64,000 nucleotides of DNA from an uncultured Eubacteriales bacterium (GTDB lineage Bacteria > Bacillota > Clostridia > UBA1381), in contig CAJKHT010000001.1 of the NCBI GenBank assembly GCA_905199755.1, positions 38,812-102,811 of the forward strand, written 5' to 3'. The first letter of the stretch is position 1; the number at the start of each line of letters is the position of its first letter. Below the pieces are notes generated by a model. It searched no databases, was not told where the DNA came from, and saw nothing but the letters and a program-made list of their open reading frames with translations. The position numbers and the translations under genes were made by a program. Of this stretch, positions 20,260 through 29,886 are shown piece by piece.

Positions 20260-21111
20260 TTAAACAGCATGTAAATTTTTAAGAGACAAATCAAGTATCG
20301 GCGCACTGTGCGTAAGCGCTCCGCTCGATATATAATCAACTCCCAAATCAACAAGCTTTGGGGCATTTTCAAGCGTAACATTTCCGCTGCATTCGGTTTC
20401 GGCTCTGCCGCCTATATATTCGATTGCCTCGCGCATCATGTCATACGTCATATTGTCGAGCATTATAATATCCGCACCTGCCTCTACAGCCTCGCGAACC
20501 ATATCCATATTTTCGACTTCAACCTCAATCTTTCTGACAAACGGTGCATATTCCTTTGCCATGTGCACCGCCTCCTTAACTCCTCCTGCTGCCGCGATAT
20601 GATTATCCTTTAAAAGCACACCGTCGGACAGATTAAACCGATGATTATATCCTCCGCCTGCTTTGACCGCATACTTTTCAAATATACGCATATTGGGAGT
20701 GGTTTTTCTGGTATCCAAAAGCTTTGTTTTACCGCCTTCAAGCATGCTTGCGATTTTTTTCGTATATGTAGCAATTCCGCTCATTCTCTGCAGATAATTG
20801 AGTGCCGTTCTTTCGCCGGATAAAAGCACACGTATATCACCTGTAACCTTGCCGACAAGCTCACCGCTTTTTACGGCATCACCGTCATTAAAATACAATT
20901 CCGTAACCGTATCGCCGTCAAGCAATTCAAATACGCGCTTAAACACCTGCAATCCCGCAATTATTCCGTCCTGCTTGCATATAAGCTCAACCTCACCCTT
21001 GCAGTAATTCGGCATAACCGCATTTGTGGTTATATCCTCGCTTGTTATATCCTCCCTTAATGCCTGCATTATAAGCTCATCGGCATTCGCTTTCATGGTT
21101 ATGCTGTTCAT
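20260..21111 (-). CDS. nadC: Nicotinate-nucleotide pyrophosphorylase (carboxylating)
   Basis: 283 aa with ERTALNYLQRMSGIAT, LDTRKTTP, KDNHI and IMLDNM. Confidence 0.9.
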   Translation of the reverse strand: MNSITMKANADELIMQALREDITSEDITTNAVMPNYCKGEVELICKQDGIIAGLQVFKRVFELLDGDTVTELYFNDGDAVKSGELVGKVTGDIRVLLSGERTALNYLQRMSGIATYTKKIASMLEGGKTKLLDTRKTTPNMRIFEKYAVKAGGGYNHRFNLSDGVLLKDNHIAAAGGVKEAVHMAKEYAPFVRKIEVEVENMDMVREAVEAGADIIMLDNMTYDMMREAIEYIGGRAETECSGNVTLENAPKLVDLGVDYISSGALTHSAPILDLSLKNLHAV

Positions 21112-22381
21112 GATATATTTTCTCCCTTTCTATTGATTTTAAAATATTTTCTTTATAATTTCTGTCACAGTCCGTGTATCGGCTCAGATCAAACGCAACA
21201 TCGCCCGATGCACGTGTATAGTTTTCTGTTATATCCCTTGCGGCGCGCTGTGCGAAAACAAGGCTTTCAAGCAATGAATTGCTGGCAAGCCTGTTTTTAC
21301 CGTGTACACCGTTGCATGCTGTTTCACCGACCGCATAAAGTCTGTCCATCGATGTTTTCGAGTACTTATTTACTTTTATGCCCCCCATAAAATAATGCTG
21401 GCTCGGAACAACGGGGATACATTCTTTCAGAACGTCATACCCCTCCTCCAGACATCTGTTATATATATTCGGAAAATGCGATAATATTTCTTTATTCGGT
21501 ATAGGTGCCATTGAAAGACGTACATACGGCATATTATCCTTTTTCATCTGCTCTTTTATCGCGGCAGCAACAACATCACGCGGCAGCAGCTCATTAACAA
21601 ACCGTTCACCTGCGGCATTAAGCAGAATTGCTCCCTCTCCGCGTACCGATTCCGATATTAAGAACCTCCGTCCGCGTTTTTGGGAATAAAGCGTTGTCGG
21701 GTGAATCTGGATGTAGTCGGTATTAAGCAGCTTAACTCCGTGTTTTAACGAAATAGCAAGCGCATCGCCCGTAAGATGCGGATAATTTGTTGAGTTTTCG
21801 TACAATCCGCCGATGCCTCCGGTTGCAAATACTGTGTAGTCAGCTTTTATTGCGGTCATTTCACCGTTTTTGTATCTGGCAATTATTCCGCGGCATTCAC
21901 CGTCCTGCTCCAAAGTATCAATCATTTCAAGGTTTTCAATGATTTTTACATTCTTAAGCGTTTTCACCTTTGCCAAAAGTTTGGAGGTTATTTCCTTTCC
22001 CGTTATATCCTTGTGAAAAAGTATACGCGGAATTGAATGAGCGCCCTCGCGCGTGTAAACCAAATTTCCGTTTTCATCACGCTCAAAATCCACACCGCAC
22101 TCAATAAGAATTTTTATGACGGACGGCGATGATTTTATCATTATATCCACCGATTCTTTATTATTCTCATAATGACCGGCACGCATTGTGTCCTCAAAAT
22201 ACAAATCGTAATCATCGGGACTTTTTAAAACGCAGATTCCTCCCTGCGCCAAAAATGAGTCGCTGTCCTCCTCGCCCTCTTTTGTTATCATGAGTATGTT
22301 TTTGTCGGACGGAAGATTAAGCGCGCAGAATAATCCGCTCACTCCCGTTCCGGCTATAACCACATCTGTCTTTATGTCCAT
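21077..22381 (-). CDS. nadB: L-aspartate oxidase
   Basis: Start re-set to MDIKTDVVIAGTGVSGLF (ATG 22381, GGAG RBS), because the track's 23-codon extension runs through the promoter. FAD-binding and succinate-dehydrogenase-like motifs (HPT, GETACNGVHGKNRLASNSLLE). Confidence 0.9.
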   Translation of the reverse strand: MDIKTDVVIAGTGVSGLFCALNLPSDKNILMITKEGEEDSDSFLAQGGICVLKSPDDYDLYFEDTMRAGHYENNKESVDIMIKSSPSVIKILIECGVDFERDENGNLVYTREGAHSIPRILFHKDITGKEITSKLLAKVKTLKNVKIIENLEMIDTLEQDGECRGIIARYKNGEMTAIKADYTVFATGGIGGLYENSTNYPHLTGDALAISLKHGVKLLNTDYIQIHPTTLYSQKRGRRFLISESVRGEGAILLNAAGERFVNELLPRDVVAAAIKEQMKKDNMPYVRLSMAPIPNKEILSHFPNIYNRCLEEGYDVLKECIPVVPSQHYFMGGIKVNKYSKTSMDRLYAVGETACNGVHGKNRLASNSLLESLVFAQRAARDITENYTRASGDVAFDLSRYTDCDRNYKENILKSIEREKIYHEQHNHESECR

Positions 22382-22438
22382 TACACATTTCTCCAAATTC
22401 TTCCCTTGCTCTATCTTCGCCGCAAGGCATTTTATGCT

Positions 22439-22467
22439 ATTATACATCAAAAGTTTACAGTTGTCAA
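22439..22467 (-). promoter_or_regulatory. Sigma-A promoter of nadB-nadC-niaR
   Basis: Minus strand reads TTGACA (22467..22462), a 17-nt spacer, then TATAAT (22444..22439). Confidence 0.7.
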
Positions 22468-22479
22468 GACAGGTGTAAA
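22454..22479. promoter_or_regulatory. Candidate NiaR operator (imperfect 26-bp palindrome) overlapping the nadB -35 box
   Basis: TTTACAGTTGTCAAGACAGGTGTAAA; arms TTTACAnnTGTC / GACAnnTGTAAA match at 10 of 12 positions. Confidence 0.55.
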
Positions 22480-22563
22480 CTTTCGTGAAAAAGCATAAAA
22501 AAACGGAATAAATTTACCGTTTTTCGCAAAAAATAAAAAAAACACAAATTATCGGAGGCAAAT

Positions 22564-23007
22564 ATGAAAAATAAAATGACCGCTCAGGAATACAATGAAT
22601 ACGTAAAGCAGAAAACGCCCAATTCCAAAATAGCGAAAAACTGTATAATGGCTTTTCTGTTCGGAGGATTTATCTGCTGTATAGGTCAGGCAATTCTTAA
22701 TATGTACAAGCATTTCGGTCTTGCAGAAGAAAATGCCGCAGCTGCCACCTCAATCACACTGATTTTTTTAGGCGCCCTTTTGACCGGTCTTGACATATAC
22801 CCCAAAATTGCAAAGCATGCAGGTGCCGGAACCATCGTTCCCATTACCGGCTTTGCCAATTCGGTTGTTGCTCCGGCGCTTGAAGCCAAAACTGAGGGAT
22901 ATGTTCTGGGTACGGGCGCAAAAATTTTTACAATTGCCGGCCCTGTTATACTGTACGGAACACTTGCTTCATTCATTGCCGGAATTATATACTGCATTGC
23001 TTTATAG
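22564..23007 (+). CDS. spoVAC: Stage V sporulation protein AC
   Basis: 147 aa with EYNEYVKQKTPNSKIAKNCIMAFLFGGFICCIGQ and GAGTIVPITGFANSVVAPALE; GGAGG RBS. Confidence 0.85.
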   Translation: MKNKMTAQEYNEYVKQKTPNSKIAKNCIMAFLFGGFICCIGQAILNMYKHFGLAEENAAAATSITLIFLGALLTGLDIYPKIAKHAGAGTIVPITGFANSVVAPALEAKTEGYVLGTGAKIFTIAGPVILYGTLASFIAGIIYCIAL

Positions 23008-23040
23008 GATAATTCGAAACCGGCTGTAAAAAAGTGCATA

Positions 23041-23098
23041 ACGCATAAAACGCATCACTCGGAGTATGAATATCCCCCGAGCGATGCGTTTTATGCGT
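23041..23098. terminator. Long hairpin between the convergent spoVAC and aminopeptidase genes
   Basis: 22-nt arms ACGCATAAAACGCATCACTCGG / CCGAGCGATGCGTTTTATGCGT with one mismatch and a 14-nt loop. Confidence 0.5.
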
Positions 23099-23157
23099 AG
23101 TTCAAGACAGCTGTCGCTGCAATGCCCTTGAACATTCTGTAACTTTTTAACAGTCAC

Positions 23158-24564
23158 TTATCTCTCTTTATAAAATGCCTTATAGGCACGATATGCCATG
23201 TAAATATCTCCTTTTGCCGTCACCTCAAACGGAGCATGCATCGAAAGCACGGGAACACCGCAGTCTATAACGTCCATGTTGAGATTTGCCACATACTGCG
23301 CAATAGTTCCGCCGCCGCCCTGGTCTACCTTTCCGAGTTCTCCCGTCTGCCAGATAACTCCGTTATCGTCCATAATTTTTCCTATCTGATATACGAATTC
23401 CGCATTTGCATCGGAGGAATCGTATTTTCCTCTTGCGCCTGTATATTTCGTAAGCGCAACACCGTAGCCGGCATAGGAAGCATTATTCTTTTCCGACACA
23501 TATTCATAATTCGGATCTACCGCCGCATTAACATCTGATGACATGCAAGCCGAGCGGCTTATGGTTTTGTTATATGCGGTTACTGAGCAGCTGCCGGTTG
23601 CTTTTTCCACAATTTCGGCAATTACCATCTGCATAAAAGCGCTCTGTGAGCCGGTATTGCCCATCGAGCCGATTTCCTCTTTGTCGGCAAAGAATGCGGC
23701 TGCGGTCTTTTGGGGTGTCTTTATATCAAGTATACCCTTTAAAGCTGTGAACGCACACACTCTGTCGTCCTGACCGTAAGCACCGACAAAGCTTTCATCA
23801 AGACCTACGTTCCTTGCTCTTCCGGCAGGTACTATCTCTATTTCCGCACTCTGGAAGTCCTTTTCACACATTCCGTATTTTTCGTTAAGAAGCTTAAGCA
23901 CTGCAAATTTAACCTTTTCCTTTACGTCCTTGCTTTTTTCCGGCATACCTGCAATGAGTATATTCATATTTTCTGCCTCAATGCCCTCGGTCATTTTCTT
24001 CGACATCTGATCCTTTGCAAGATGCGGCAGCAAATCCGTTATACAGAATACGGGATCGCTGTCCTTTTCACCTATGGAAAGCTCTGTTTTTCTGCCGTCT
24101 GCGGTTATAATCACCCCATGTATCGCAAGCGGCAATGCTGTCCACTGGTATTTCTTTATGCCGCCGTAATAGTGCGTTTTTAAAAGCGCCATATCGGTGC
24201 TTTCATACAGCGGATTCTGCTTTAAATCCAGTCTCGGTGAATCTATATGCGAGCCGACGATATTTATTCCATCCGTAATATCCTCCGTACCGATAACCGC
24301 CATAAAGACATTTTTCAATCTGTTTACGGCATAAATTTTATCTCCGGCTTGCAGAGTAGCTTTGGATTCGAGCGGAACAAAGCCGTTTTCCTCCGCTTTT
24401 TTAACTATTTCCTTAACACATTCACGTTCGGTTTTGCCGTTATCCAAAAAGCCGCGGTATTCATCGCACAGTGAAAGCATTTCCGCCTTTTCGCCGTCCG
24501 TAATTTCTTCATACACGTTCTTCCGCTTCAACGCAAGACTCTCAAACAATTCCTTATCTTCCAT
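23158..24564 (-). CDS. M18-family aminopeptidase
   Basis: 468 aa with GSHIDSPRLDLKQNP, DKEEIGS and the C-terminal SMHAPFE. Confidence 0.8.
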   Translation of the reverse strand: MEDKELFESLALKRKNVYEEITDGEKAEMLSLCDEYRGFLDNGKTERECVKEIVKKAEENGFVPLESKATLQAGDKIYAVNRLKNVFMAVIGTEDITDGINIVGSHIDSPRLDLKQNPLYESTDMALLKTHYYGGIKKYQWTALPLAIHGVIITADGRKTELSIGEKDSDPVFCITDLLPHLAKDQMSKKMTEGIEAENMNILIAGMPEKSKDVKEKVKFAVLKLLNEKYGMCEKDFQSAEIEIVPAGRARNVGLDESFVGAYGQDDRVCAFTALKGILDIKTPQKTAAAFFADKEEIGSMGNTGSQSAFMQMVIAEIVEKATGSCSVTAYNKTISRSACMSSDVNAAVDPNYEYVSEKNNASYAGYGVALTKYTGARGKYDSSDANAEFVYQIGKIMDDNGVIWQTGELGKVDQGGGGTIAQYVANLNMDVIDCGVPVLSMHAPFEVTAKGDIYMAYRAYKAFYKER

Positions 24565-24641
24565 TATGTATCAATCCTTCCGCCTATGTATTATAAAATC
24601 AGCCGCATTAAGAATAAAACCGTTCCTAATGCGACCGTATT

Positions 24642-25163
24642 TTAATCGTTTATTTCTTCTTCCTCGTCATCTTCCGCAACGGGTTCCTCATTCACCGTAT
24701 TCGGAGTCTCGGGAATTTCGGGAGTATTTTCCTCCTCCTTTTCAAAGCTTACACCTTCAATATGAATATTTACCTTTTCAACATTCATACCTGTCATTGT
24801 TTCCACATTATTTTTTACATTTTCCTGTATTTCCCATGCCAGCTCGGGGATTCTTACACCGTAGTCCACCACAATGTATAAATCAAGCAATACGGAATTT
24901 TCCGTTATCTCAACCTTTACACCTTTACCCTGATTTTTTCTCGCACCGAACATCTCGGCAATTCCGCCGGCAAACGAGCTGTACATACAATGCACACCCT
25001 CGATTTCCGTCGCTGCCATGCCGGCAATAGTCGAAACAACCTCCGCCGAAATTTTTATATTCCCTATTTCCTCGCCTGCTTCCGTATCATCGACAGATGT
25101 CACTATCTCTGTACCCTCGGCATCGGTAAATGCTGTTTCCTCTCTTGTTTTATTTTCGTCCAT
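24642..25163 (-). CDS. Asp23/Gls24 family envelope-stress protein with an acidic C-terminal tail
   Basis: 173 aa with IKISAEVVSTIAGMAATEIEGV; GGAGG RBS. Confidence 0.85.
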   Translation of the reverse strand: MDENKTREETAFTDAEGTEIVTSVDDTEAGEEIGNIKISAEVVSTIAGMAATEIEGVHCMYSSFAGGIAEMFGARKNQGKGVKVEITENSVLLDLYIVVDYGVRIPELAWEIQENVKNNVETMTGMNVEKVNIHIEGVSFEKEEENTPEIPETPNTVNEEPVAEDDEEEEIND

Positions 25164-25229
25164 TTTACAATCCTCCTGTAAAAATAAAGTAATCGTCTTA
25201 TAAATATATTATTTATTATAACACATAAT

Positions 25230-25847
25230 TTATTTAACTTCAACTATTTTTACATTTTTTGCGGATATTTTTAAATTATCAGTCGCAATTTCCGTAAGTT
25301 TCAATGCGTCCTGCTCGGAAAATCCGTCCTTGCGCACCGTTATATCCGCCTTGTCATCATCGATATACACGCATATTTCCCCATATCCCTTTGACTGAGC
25401 TATGCTTTCTATCTGAGATTCCTTTTCTATATTCTGTGCCTGTGCAAGAATTTTATCGCCTGCTTTCTTGCGTATTTCGGAATCAAAGCTTTCGTTTGCT
25501 GCTGTTTCGTTTAAAATTTCCAAAGACCTTGAACGTGATTTTTCCTTATCAAGCCTTGCCTGCTCAAAATAATTTGCCTCTGCCGATGCAGGCTCGCTTT
25601 TTTCTTCACTGCTTGTCTGTGTCTGCGCATTTTCAGAGGTTTCCTGTGCCGCTTCACCTGAATTTTCATCCACTTCCTCAACAGAATTTACATACTGCGC
25701 TTCCCCGAGCTTCTTTCCCGTTTCAATATAGCTTTCTCCGTCGCGGACATGCACCGTATCCTGATACGACCAGTTAAGATACCCTGCCATGCCTATAAGC
25801 ACAACAAGCGCCGCCGCTATTATCTCCTTTTTCTTTAATACCATCAT
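25230..25847 (-). CDS. spoIIIAH: Stage III sporulation protein AH
   Basis: 205 aa; N-terminal TM; YFEQARLDKEKSRSRSLEILNE motif; last gene of the spoIIIA cluster. Confidence 0.8.
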   Translation of the reverse strand: MMVLKKKEIIAAALVVLIGMAGYLNWSYQDTVHVRDGESYIETGKKLGEAQYVNSVEEVDENSGEAAQETSENAQTQTSSEEKSEPASAEANYFEQARLDKEKSRSRSLEILNETAANESFDSEIRKKAGDKILAQAQNIEKESQIESIAQSKGYGEICVYIDDDKADITVRKDGFSEQDALKLTEIATDNLKISAKNVKIVEVK

Positions 25848-25861
25848 GTGTATATACCTCC

Positions 25862-26356
25862 TTATTCTTTACTCTGACAGATGCAAACTCTGTATTCGGG
25901 AATATCAAGAGCCGCCGTTACGGCCTCCGTGAGTCTGCGTCTTACTGCCGCACTGCCGGCGCCCTGTGCCGTTACGATTACTCCCTTAACCTTCGGATAT
26001 GTTTCCCTCACAATCATCGGTTCGCCGCCGGACATAACGGCTTTCTTGTCCTCTCCTGTTTTCGTTCCGTTTGATGAATTGGTTTTTACATCATACGCAA
26101 TATCCTTTTCGGACGTGCCGTAATATGTAACCATGACGCTCACTTTCCCGGCACCGTCTATCTCGGAAAGAATTTCTCCCAGCTTTTCTTCTTCCCTCCT
26201 CACATCGGCTGTTTCAACAGTCTGCGGCTTTGACTGCCATGATTGTGACAGCATAATTGCAACCCCAATTATTAATATTATTAAAATCAGTCTGTTATTC
26301 TTATTTTTTAAAAATTTAAGCAAATCTTCTTTATTCATATCTGATTTTATCCTCAC
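25862..26356 (-). CDS. spoIIIAG: Stage III sporulation protein AG
   Basis: 164 aa; TM segment plus the C-terminal VKGVIVTAQGAGSAAVRRRLTEAVTAALDIPEYRV. The start may be the internal MNKEDL. Confidence 0.8.
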   Translation of the reverse strand: MRIKSDMNKEDLLKFLKNKNNRLILIILIIGVAIMLSQSWQSKPQTVETADVRREEEKLGEILSEIDGAGKVSVMVTYYGTSEKDIAYDVKTNSSNGTKTGEDKKAVMSGGEPMIVRETYPKVKGVIVTAQGAGSAAVRRRLTEAVTAALDIPEYRVCICQSKE

Positions 26357-26780
26357 TTATTCCGTAAATTTCGCAAAGCCTTGCCGAAGCCGTTTTTGTA
26401 AGACGCTTTCCCGATATTACTATTTTTTCTATCCCCGTAATTTCATTGTTCTCATTTATAACAACCGATACGCCTGCCGAAACGGTTATACCGAATTCTG
26501 TATTAAGCCGTGTTTCTATATCATTTCCTATACGTTTTTCCAGTTCTTCCTTTACAATTTCCGTTTGCAGACTGCGGCTGTATTCCTCCTCGTTTTCTAT
26601 CGCCTCAAAGCCCGAAAACAAATCTGTTTTTGAAAGCTTTGCAAGCGGTGCCGCAACACAGCTGATTATAACCAGCCCCGTTATAATACCCGTATATTTG
26701 CGCCACTTTTCCGGCGTCAGCACCGATGCGAATGATGACAGCACCGCCGCTCCCGTTATTGTCAGTATATATGTTTTCAT
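26331..26780 (-). CDS. spoIIIAF: Stage III sporulation protein AF
   Basis: 149 aa with two N-terminal TM segments; position within the operon. Confidence 0.7.
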   Translation of the reverse strand: MKTYILTITGAAVLSSFASVLTPEKWRKYTGIITGLVIISCVAAPLAKLSKTDLFSGFEAIENEEEYSRSLQTEIVKEELEKRIGNDIETRLNTEFGITVSAGVSVVINENNEITGIEKIVISGKRLTKTASARLCEIYGISEDKIRYE

Positions 26781-26789
26781 CTCACTCTC

Positions 26790-27866
26790 CTATGCGCTTG
26801 TGCATGCGATAATTATACTTATGTTTACAAGAAAAAGCACCGCTGTCATAACCACTATTCCGAACACGGAGGTAACCGATTCCGACACCTCCCACAGCAT
26901 CTTGCTTATACGGCTGTCCGTAAGCGGCTCGGCGATTGCTGCGGTGATTTTAAGCATAAGCTGTATGATTGCAATTTTTATAACGGGGACGGCACACATT
27001 ATGCACATGGTGACAATTCCCGAAACGCCCACTGCATTTTTCATCAGCTTTGTACCGCTCACCACGGTTTCAAGCGTGTCGGATAAAAAAGTCCCCACAA
27101 CGGGAACCATACTGCCGACCGCAAACTTCACCGCTTTTGCACTCACCGCATCAAGAGCCGGTGCACTGAAGCCGTAAACCGAACTGATGCCCGTAAAAAC
27201 CGTAATTACCGCTGCCATGAGCCACTTTGATACCGAGCGAACCACTTTGGTAAAGTTTGAAATCTGCATTTTGCCGTTTATGTTTCCGGCAACCGATAAA
27301 ACGGCACTAAAGGTTATAAGCGGTACAAGGCAATTGCGTATAATAAGCGTTATTATGTAAACCGCTGCCGACAAAACGGGGTGAAATGTATTGGCGGTGG
27401 TTATCTTGCCGCAGGCAAGAAGAACTATCATTAAAATCGGAGACAGCTTATCTATAAAAAGCGACATCGCATCAATCACATTTATACCGTATGTCAGTGC
27501 GGTATTGAAGCAGCGCAGCGCCGCTGCGCTCATAAGCGTGAAGCAGGCAAAAAACGCGGTCTCACCGCTGCCCTTTTCACCGAATGCACCGGCAAGAACA
27601 TTTACTATACCCGATACGGCTGCCACACCCAAAAGCACCGCAATATCTCCCGCACTGTTTTTTATTTCCTTAACCATGCTCCCCATTATTGAATTAAAAA
27701 TGCTTACGGGGTCCAATTTAAAGCTTCCGTCACGGACGCTCTGCACGGTTTCGTTAAAGCCGCTTTCTCCCTCCATCTGCGGAGCCTCATACGCACAGAC
27801 GCAGACGGGCATTAAAATTATCAATATCAGCATTGCAATAATTTTTTTCATATCGTTCTCCAACAA
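26790..27866 (-). CDS. spoIIIAE: Stage III sporulation protein AE
   Basis: 358 aa polytopic membrane protein with a signal-like N-terminus; operon position. Confidence 0.8.
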   Translation of the reverse strand: MLENDMKKIIAMLILIILMPVCVCAYEAPQMEGESGFNETVQSVRDGSFKLDPVSIFNSIMGSMVKEIKNSAGDIAVLLGVAAVSGIVNVLAGAFGEKGSGETAFFACFTLMSAAALRCFNTALTYGINVIDAMSLFIDKLSPILMIVLLACGKITTANTFHPVLSAAVYIITLIIRNCLVPLITFSAVLSVAGNINGKMQISNFTKVVRSVSKWLMAAVITVFTGISSVYGFSAPALDAVSAKAVKFAVGSMVPVVGTFLSDTLETVVSGTKLMKNAVGVSGIVTMCIMCAVPVIKIAIIQLMLKITAAIAEPLTDSRISKMLWEVSESVTSVFGIVVMTAVLFLVNISIIIACTSA

Positions 27867-28262
27867 TCAGATTGCTTTTACCGCTTCAATGCATGTGTTG
27901 AGAAAATCGGCAATTATCGGGAGCGTCATCCCCATTATGCATATTTTCCCTGCAAGCTCCAGCTTCAGCGCAATTGCATTTTCGCCGCTGTCTCTTAATA
28001 TTTCGGCTCCGAACTGCGTTATATACGCAATCCCCACCACCTTGACAACCGCCGTGAAATACCCTACATCAATTCCCGTTTCGTCAATAAGCGCTTTCAG
28101 TCCCGTTATAATCTCACCCAGCATATCTGCGGCATATATAAATATCGCCAAAACAACCGCCAGCCCCGTGAGAATACCGAATTCTTTTCTGTACTGACGC
28201 ACCGTCACGGCAAGTATTCCTCCCACCAGTCCTATGCCGATAATTTTTATCATTTCATTCAT
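27867..28262 (-). CDS. spoIIIAD: Stage III sporulation protein AD
   Basis: 131 aa with IIGIGLVGGILAVTVRQYRKEF. Confidence 0.8.
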   Translation of the reverse strand: MNEMIKIIGIGLVGGILAVTVRQYRKEFGILTGLAVVLAIFIYAADMLGEIITGLKALIDETGIDVGYFTAVVKVVGIAYITQFGAEILRDSGENAIALKLELAGKICIMGMTLPIIADFLNTCIEAVKAI

Positions 28263-28477
28263 AGTCCGAAAATCTGCTTGACACTCGAAAAGAAATCGCC
28301 TATTTCCTGTGTAATTATATACATTACGCTTATAAGCCCCGCAATTATTACAAGCAATGCGATGTCATCTCTGCCTGCCTTTGACAACAGCTGATTTATT
28401 ACCGCAAGTATTATTCCTATGCCTGCAATCTGAAAAATCAAATCCACATTCATATCATTCACCTTATATAATGACAA
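28259..28477 (-). CDS. spoIIIAC: Stage III sporulation protein AC
   Basis: About 65-72 aa, two TM segments, IFQIAGIGIILAVINQLLSKAGRDD. Confidence 0.8.
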   Translation of the reverse strand: MSLYKVNDMNVDLIFQIAGIGIILAVINQLLSKAGRDDIALLVIIAGLISVMYIITQEIGDFFSSVKQIFGL

Positions 28478-28961
28478 GAATAATAAATATTCCCGTCAGC
28501 AGTCCTCCGCTGCCGTATATTTTGCCGAGACGTCTGTACTCATTTTCTGCATTCTGCGCTTGTGCACTCAAAAGCTCCTTTATGTATCCTATATGCTTAA
28601 GCTGATTTTTCAAATCGGTCATTCCGAGCTTTGTGCAAAGCATCAGTAAAAGCTCACGGTCGGCATCGGCAAGCGGCATATCATTTTTCAAAACCGCGTA
28701 TGTCCATGCTTTTTTTATGCCGTACTCCTCAAGCCTGTCCGCCGCATCTTTAAACAATCCCTTTGTGTCGGTACTTTTGTCGATATTCAGGAAAGCGCGC
28801 TTTAAATCATTTGCGCAGAAGCTCATTTCGGTTTCAAGGTATCCGAGAGCCGTTACCGCATTGTTAAGCGACACGCTCCTGCCTTTAAGCAGCGCGCTTT
28901 TTCGTATTCCCAGATACGTACACGCGGCGCATATCATCACTGCTCCGATAAGCTTAATCAT
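28464..28961 (-). CDS. spoIIIAB: Stage III sporulation protein AB
   Basis: 165 aa with MIKLIGAVMICAACTYLG... and a C-terminal TM; overlaps its neighbours. Confidence 0.8.
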   Translation of the reverse strand: MIKLIGAVMICAACTYLGIRKSALLKGRSVSLNNAVTALGYLETEMSFCANDLKRAFLNIDKSTDTKGLFKDAADRLEEYGIKKAWTYAVLKNDMPLADADRELLLMLCTKLGMTDLKNQLKHIGYIKELLSAQAQNAENEYRRLGKIYGSGGLLTGIFIILVII

Positions 28962-29886
28962 TGCCGTACTCCTTTATTTCCTCCACCGTTCCGGCACCGC
29001 ACCGCCGCGAAAGCGTTATAAACAGCTCAAAAAATTCGATTGCTCCGTAAAGTTCTTCGCGCTTTTGTATCTGCCGCACATTTCTTCCGTGTACAGTGGT
29101 AATGATTTTCACACCGCTGTTTATTATTTTCTCTATTGCCGCCGCATCGCTCTGTTTTCCTATCTCATCGGTCACAATAACGTCCGGCGCCATTGAACGG
29201 AGCATCATTAACATTCCTTCGTCCTTGGGCGCTCCCGAGAGCACGTCCGTGCAAGGCCCCATATCAAATGCCGCTCTGCCCTCATGCATTGCCGCTATTT
29301 CACGGCGCTCGTCCACCACGGAAACATTTATTCCCTCATACGAAATCCGCCGTGCAATATCGCGGAGCATGGTTGTTTTTCCGGCACCCGGAGGCGAAAT
29401 AATAAGCGTATTTTTTAATTCATTATTCTTATAAACAAAATCCCATACCTTGTCCGCCGCGCCGTTGATTTCACATGCCAGCCTGTAGTTTAGTCCCGAT
29501 ACCTCCTTTATAAAGCTTATATGTCCCTCCTCGGTAACCGCATTTCCGCATATTCCTATTCTGTTTCCGCCCGCAATTGTAATATATCCCTCACGTATTT
29601 CGTCCGCAACGGAGTACACAGATGATTTTGACGCTATTTCAAGAGCCTCCTCGATATGTGCGTGAGTAACACGCACAGCCGAAAGGCTGTCCTGCGTTAA
29701 CATACCGTGACGGCTCACATAATATTGTCCGTCCGTAAAATATATCGTCAACGGTTTGTTGGGACGCATACGTATTTCATACGCATCTGTAAGATTAATT
29801 CCGAACATATACCGTCTGAGCGGCTGCGGCATGTAATTCAGTATTCCTCTTAAAACAGATACCGTTTCGTTATTTGCTATGTACAT
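28954..29886 (-). CDS. spoIIIAA: Stage III sporulation protein AA (AAA+/secretion-type ATPase)
   Basis: Walker A ISPPGAGKTTMLRD and Walker B VIVTDEI. The start is re-set to MYIANNET (ATG 29886, GGAGA RBS), which gives 310 aa. Confidence 0.85.
   Translation of the reverse strand: MYIANNETVSVLRGILNYMPQPLRRYMFGINLTDAYEIRMRPNKPLTIYFTDGQYYVSRHGMLTQDSLSAVRVTHAHIEEALEIASKSSVYSVADEIREGYITIAGGNRIGICGNAVTEEGHISFIKEVSGLNYRLACEINGAADKVWDFVYKNNELKNTLIISPPGAGKTTMLRDIARRISYEGINVSVVDERREIAAMHEGRAAFDMGPCTDVLSGAPKDEGMLMMLRSMAPDVIVTDEIGKQSDAAAIEKIINSGVKIITTVHGRNVRQIQKREELYGAIEFFELFITLSRRCGAGTVEEIKEYGND

Noticed and set aside
21077-22450. Track N-terminal extensions of nadB (22450), spoIIIAA (29979), ynbB-like (35667), ylmC (42970), AraC (44905), the response regulator (60637) and uxaC (18456).
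   Set aside because: In each case an internal ATG has a proper GGAGG-type RBS and matches the family N-terminus. The extensions run through promoters or terminators; for example, the nadB extension encodes its own TATAAT box.
24362-25030. A 222-aa + strand ORF spanning the aminopeptidase/Asp23 junction.
   Set aside because: It is antisense to two well-supported genes, its S/P/F-rich product is low-complexity, and it crosses an intergenic terminator region.
26446-28197. Long + strand ORFs (243 aa and 268 aa) opposite spoIIIAE/AF/AD.
   Set aside because: These are shadow ORFs antisense to a membrane-protein operon, giving hydrophobic mirror sequences with no RBS.
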